This document shows, piece after piece, positions 60,512 through 64,000 of a DNA stretch of 64,000 nt. The notes beneath the pieces are model-generated. The model was not told the origin of the DNA. It worked only from the letters and a program-made list of their open reading frames with translations, and made no database searches. The DNA is from an uncultured Pseudohongiella sp. (GTDB taxonomy: Bacteria; Pseudomonadota; Gammaproteobacteria; Pseudomonadales; Pseudohongiellaceae), in contig OZ241750.1 in assembly GCA_965201035.1 (NCBI GenBank), positions 579,837 to 643,836 of the forward strand, given 5' to 3'. Every line of letters starts with the position of its first letter. Within the stretch, counting starts at the first letter, position 1. Both the position numbers and the translations under genes were made by a program.

Positions 60512-61708
60512 TCAATGCAGCAGGCTGGCCATGGCTTGCTCCAGCCCTTTGATGGTCAACGGCGCCATCCGATTTCCCAGCAACTCCCGCACGATGCCGA
60601 TGGAGTAGCTGTGCTCCCAAAAATCCCGAGGTGTCGGATTGAGCCAGACCAAGTGTCCAAAGTGGTCCGTCAAGCGCTGCATCCAAACGGCGCCTGGTAC
60701 TTCGTTGTAGTGCTCGATGCTGCCGCCGGCGTGGGTTATTTCGTAGGGCGCCATGGTGGCGTCGCCGACGAAAATGACTTTGTAGTCCTTCGGGTATTTG
60801 CGCAGCAAATCGAAAGTAGACTCGGTTTCGGCGTGGCGCCGGCGACCTTTGGTCCACACCGATTCATAGAGAAAATTGTGAAAATAGTAGTACTCGAGAT
60901 GCTTGAACTCCGAACGCGCCGCGGAAAACAGTTCCTCGCAAACTTTCACATGCGGGTCCATGGAACCGCCGACATCGAAAAACAACAAAACCTTCACCGC
61001 GTTGTGGCGTTCCGGCACCATTTTGATATCGAGCCAGCCGCCGTTGCGCGCGGTTGAATGAATGGTGTTGTCCATATCCAATTCTTCGGCGGCGCCGGTG
61101 CGCGCGAATTTTCGCAGGCGGCGCAAGGCGAGCTTGATATTGCGGGTGCCGATCCGCTCACTGTCGTCCAAATCGCGGTACTCGCGCCGGTCCCAGACTT
61201 TCACGGCTTTGCCGCCCCCGCTTTCCGGTTGTCCAAGACGGATGCCTTCGGGATTGTAGCCGTAGGCACCGAAGGGCGAAGTGCCGCCGGTGCCAATCCA
61301 CTTCGAACCGCCTTCGTGCCGCTTGCGCTGCTCCTCCAAGCGCTTGCGGAACTCCTCCATGAGCTTGTCTAGGCCGCCAAAACTTTTAAGCTTGGCCTTT
61401 TCCTCTTCGCTCAACGAGGCTTCGAATTGGCGCCGCAGCCAGTCTTCGGGGATCTGCCGTGCGAAAACTTCCGCTTTGCTGTCGATGTCCTTGAAGTATT
61501 GGGAAAAGGCACGGTCGAAGCGGTCGAAGTGCTTTTCATCCTTGATCATGCACAGACGCGCCAGATGATAGAAGTCCTCGGTGCTGCCGAAAACGATGTC
61601 TTCGTTCAGGCATTCAAGCAGAGCAAACAGCTCGGTGATTGATACCGGCAATCCATGTTCCTTGAGACTGGTGAAGAAGTTGATCAGCATTGTCTTCAGC
61701 CCCGGCAC
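60512..61708 (-). CDS. VWA domain protein, CoxE-like, partner of a MoxR-type ATPase
   Basis: 398 aa. The C-terminal VWA region LLFFDVGGSMDP carries a MIDAS-like DxSxS motif. The start is adjacent to the stop of the upstream AAA gene. Confidence 0.7.
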   Translation of the reverse strand: MPGLKTMLINFFTSLKEHGLPVSITELFALLECLNEDIVFGSTEDFYHLARLCMIKDEKHFDRFDRAFSQYFKDIDSKAEVFARQIPEDWLRRQFEASLSEEEKAKLKSFGGLDKLMEEFRKRLEEQRKRHEGGSKWIGTGGTSPFGAYGYNPEGIRLGQPESGGGKAVKVWDRREYRDLDDSERIGTRNIKLALRRLRKFARTGAAEELDMDNTIHSTARNGGWLDIKMVPERHNAVKVLLFFDVGGSMDPHVKVCEELFSAARSEFKHLEYYYFHNFLYESVWTKGRRRHAETESTFDLLRKYPKDYKVIFVGDATMAPYEITHAGGSIEHYNEVPGAVWMQRLTDHFGHLVWLNPTPRDFWEHSYSIGIVRELLGNRMAPLTIKGLEQAMASLLH

Positions 61709-62550
61709 TAACGCCCGGCGCGGTGCATGAAAGCGAGTTTCTCCAGCAACTGCACATCCTGCTCGTTTTTCAGCAAGGCGCCGTACAAAGGTGGTATGGC
61801 GCTGGTTGAATCGCCATCCTTGAGGATATCCACCGGAATATCGTCGGCCATCAGCAATTTCAGCCAGTCCAGCAATTCCGAAGTAGACGGCTTTTTCTTC
61901 AATCCCGGCACTTTGCGCAGGTCGAAAAATACTTCCATCGCCCGGTGAACGAGATTTTTCTTGATGTCGGGGTAATGCACCCGGACGATTTTTTCCATGG
62001 TGACGGCGTCGGGGAAATCGATGTAATGGAAAAAGCAGCGTCGCAGAAAAGCGTCGGGCAGCTCCTTCTCATTGTTGCTGGTGATTACCACGATCGGGCG
62101 CGACCGCGCCTTGATCAATTGCCGCGTTTCGTAGACATGAAACTCCATCTTGTCGAGTTCGAGCAGTAGATCGTTGGGAAATTCGATATCGGCTTTGTCA
62201 ATCTCGTCGATCAGCAGCACGTTGCGCCGCTCGGACTCGAACGCCCGCCAAATCTTGCCGCGGATAATGTAATTGCCGATATCGCCAACCTTGTCGTCGC
62301 CGAGCTGCGAATCCCGCAGGCGCGACACCGCGTCGTACTCATACAGGCCCTGCTGCGCCCGAGTGGTGGATTTGATATGCCATTGAATCAGCGGCAGATC
62401 CAGTGCTTTGGCGATTTGCTCCGCCAGCATGGTTTTGCCGGTTCCCGGCTCGCCCTTGATCAACAGCGGCTTGCGCAGACGGATGGCCGCGTTCACCGCC
62501 AACCGCAATTCCGCGGTGGCAACGTATTCGTCGGTGCCGGCAAAATTCAT
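61708..62550 (-). CDS. MoxR-like AAA+ ATPase (CoxD/CbbQ-like)
   Basis: 280 aa with Walker A GEPGTGKT, Walker B LLIDEIDKA and sensor/arginine regions (ITSNNEKELPDAFLRRC). Confidence 0.85.
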   Translation of the reverse strand: MNFAGTDEYVATAELRLAVNAAIRLRKPLLIKGEPGTGKTMLAEQIAKALDLPLIQWHIKSTTRAQQGLYEYDAVSRLRDSQLGDDKVGDIGNYIIRGKIWRAFESERRNVLLIDEIDKADIEFPNDLLLELDKMEFHVYETRQLIKARSRPIVVITSNNEKELPDAFLRRCFFHYIDFPDAVTMEKIVRVHYPDIKKNLVHRAMEVFFDLRKVPGLKKKPSTSELLDWLKLLMADDIPVDILKDGDSTSAIPPLYGALLKNEQDVQLLEKLAFMHRAGR

Positions 62551-63200
62551 TTTTTGACCCCAAATAGCGAAAGCAGTGCTATTCTATATCGGCTTTGCCC
62601 ATCCTGCGCCCGTCGGCTTAAATACCGCCACAGGCGGTAGCCGAGTAATAACGCCAAAATCGAGCCATAAAGCACCGCTTCGCCGAGATCGGTGCGCAGA
62701 ATCCACGTCAAATGGACAATGGCGAACACCGCGGCCGGATAAATCAGCCGGTGCAGCCGTTTCCAATTCCTGCCCATGCGCCGCACCATGCTTTTCGGCG
62801 AGGTGATACCGAGCGCGATCAGGATAAAAAAGGCGATTGAACCGACGCTGATATAGGGCCGCTGCAATATTTCCTCGCCGATGGCTTGCCAGCGGAAGCC
62901 GAGCAGCAGCGCCATCCAGACGATGAAGTGGAGCGTCGCGTAGAACAGCGCGAACAGACCAATCATACGCCGCACACGGGTGAAGGCGACTTGGCCGCTG
63001 ATTTGGCGCAGTGGTGTCAGTGCCAGGGTGAGCAGCAGCAAACGCAAGGTCCATTCGCCTGTCGTGATGGCGAGCTCCTGAGCCGGGTCCGGGCCCAGAT
63101 CATTGCCTGCAATGCGCTGGGTCAGTGAAGCCAGCGGCAGCAGCGCGAGCGCGAAAACCGCCGGCTTGAACCAGCCGCTGTTGGCGATATTCGGGCGCAA
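62547..63200 (-). CDS. msrQ: protein-methionine-sulfoxide reductase haem-binding subunit MsrQ (YedZ)
   Basis: 217 aa with six TM helices and conserved His residues (YATLHF, AIVHL), downstream of msrP. Confidence 0.85.
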   Translation of the reverse strand: MRPNIANSGWFKPAVFALALLPLASLTQRIAGNDLGPDPAQELAITTGEWTLRLLLLTLALTPLRQISGQVAFTRVRRMIGLFALFYATLHFIVWMALLLGFRWQAIGEEILQRPYISVGSIAFFILIALGITSPKSMVRRMGRNWKRLHRLIYPAAVFAIVHLTWILRTDLGEAVLYGSILALLLGYRLWRYLSRRAQDGQSRYRIALLSLFGVKK

Positions 63201-63236
63201 AACCGCGGAGCGGGATGGTTGTTGGATCGGCGGCGA

Positions 63237-64000
63237 TCAGTAATACCGCGCCAGATCCATGCCCTTGTACAAATGCGCCACCTGCTCTTCGTAGCCATTG
63301 AACAAGCGGGTGGGAATCACCCGGCGGCTGAACAGGGTCTGGGGCAGGCGCCGCTCCATATCCTGGCGCCAGCGTGGATGATGCACCTCGGGATTCACAT
63401 TGGCGTAGAAGCCGTATTCATTGGCCTGCAAATCATTCCAGCTGGTATTGGGCTGGGTTTCGCGGAAGTTGATGCAGACGATGGACTTGATGCTCTTGAA
63501 GCCGTATTTCCACGGCACCACCAAGCGGATGGGGGCGCCGTTTTGTGCCGGCAGGTAACTGCCGTACAGCCCGACCGCCAAGAACGCCAAGTCGTTCATG
63601 GCTTCGTCCATGCGCAATCCCTCCCGGTACGGCCAATCGATAATGGCGAAGGGCGAGCGGACGCCGGGCATGGTGTTTTCCTGGATCGCCGTTTCAAATT
63701 CGACATATTGCGCCCGCGAGGTCGGCTCGAAGCGCTTGATCAAATCCGCCAGCGGAAAACCAATCCAAGGAATCACCATCGACCAAGCTTCCACGCAGCG
63801 CAGGCGGTAAACGCGCTCCTCCAAGTCGTGGGGCTTGAGAATATCCTCCAGGTGATAGGTACCGGGCTTGGCGACTTCGCCGCTGATTTCAACGGACCAA
63901 GGGTCGGCGCGAAAAGTGCCGGAATGGTTCGACGGGTCCGACTTGTCCATGCCGAATTCGTAAAAGTTGTTGTAACGGGTCACGTCTTGGTACGGCGTCA
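63237..64000 (-). CDS. msrP: protein-methionine-sulfoxide reductase catalytic subunit MsrP (YedY); N-terminus lies outside the window
   Basis: The frame stays open to the window edge ([16 protein letters not shown]...). The molybdopterin oxidoreductase core includes [19 protein letters not shown]. Confidence 0.88.
   Translation of the reverse strand, partial: TPYQDVTRYNNFYEFGMDKSDPSNHSGTFRADPWSVEISGEVAKPGTYHLEDILKPHDLEERVYRLRCVEAWSMVIPWIGFPLADLIKRFEPTSRAQYVEFETAIQENTMPGVRSPFAIIDWPYREGLRMDEAMNDLAFLAVGLYGSYLPAQNGAPIRLVVPWKYGFKSIKSIVCINFRETQPNTSWNDLQANEYGFYANVNPEVHHPRWRQDMERRLPQTLFSRRVIPTRLFNGYEEQVAHLYKGMDLARYY

Overview
High-GC chromosomal segment (about 65-68% G+C in hand-counted lines of queC and tolB) with gammaproteobacterial-type synteny. 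It is almost entirely housekeeping. Gene order: aspS (3' end), yebC, ruvCAB; tolQRAB-pal-cpoB-queE-queC; tRNA-Lys(UUU). An accessory stretch follows (about 10.1-17.9 kb). It holds a sharply low-GC islet with three tandem paralogous ~390-aa genes (best guess: DUF2236/MpaB-Lcp-type haem oxygenases), then prc, then an orphan tyrosine recombinase preceded by a perfect palindrome with 15-bp arms. After that come gor-pilZ-holB-tmk-mltG, fabF-acpP-fabG-fabD-plsX-rpmF, rluC, argS and htpG. Next is a six-gene TonB2-type module (DUF3450/TtpC-like/ExbB/ExbD/TonB/TPR) and the TCA supercluster sucDC-lpdA-sucBA-sdhBADC, divergent from gltA. The window ends with tRNA-Ala(GGC), gltX, dusA, a TerB-like gene, mlaA, hrpA, an acyl-CoA ligase, a MoxR-AAA/VWA pair and msrQ-msrP (msrP is cut by the window end). 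I saw no CRISPR array, IS element, prophage or recognisable defence gene. The most unusual content is the triplicated paralogue array at the queC/tRNA-Lys locus, and its function is inference only. Many ORF-track entries are antisense shadow ORFs typical of high-GC DNA, or carry spurious N-terminal extensions. I adjusted starts where homology to well-known N-termini made this clear.
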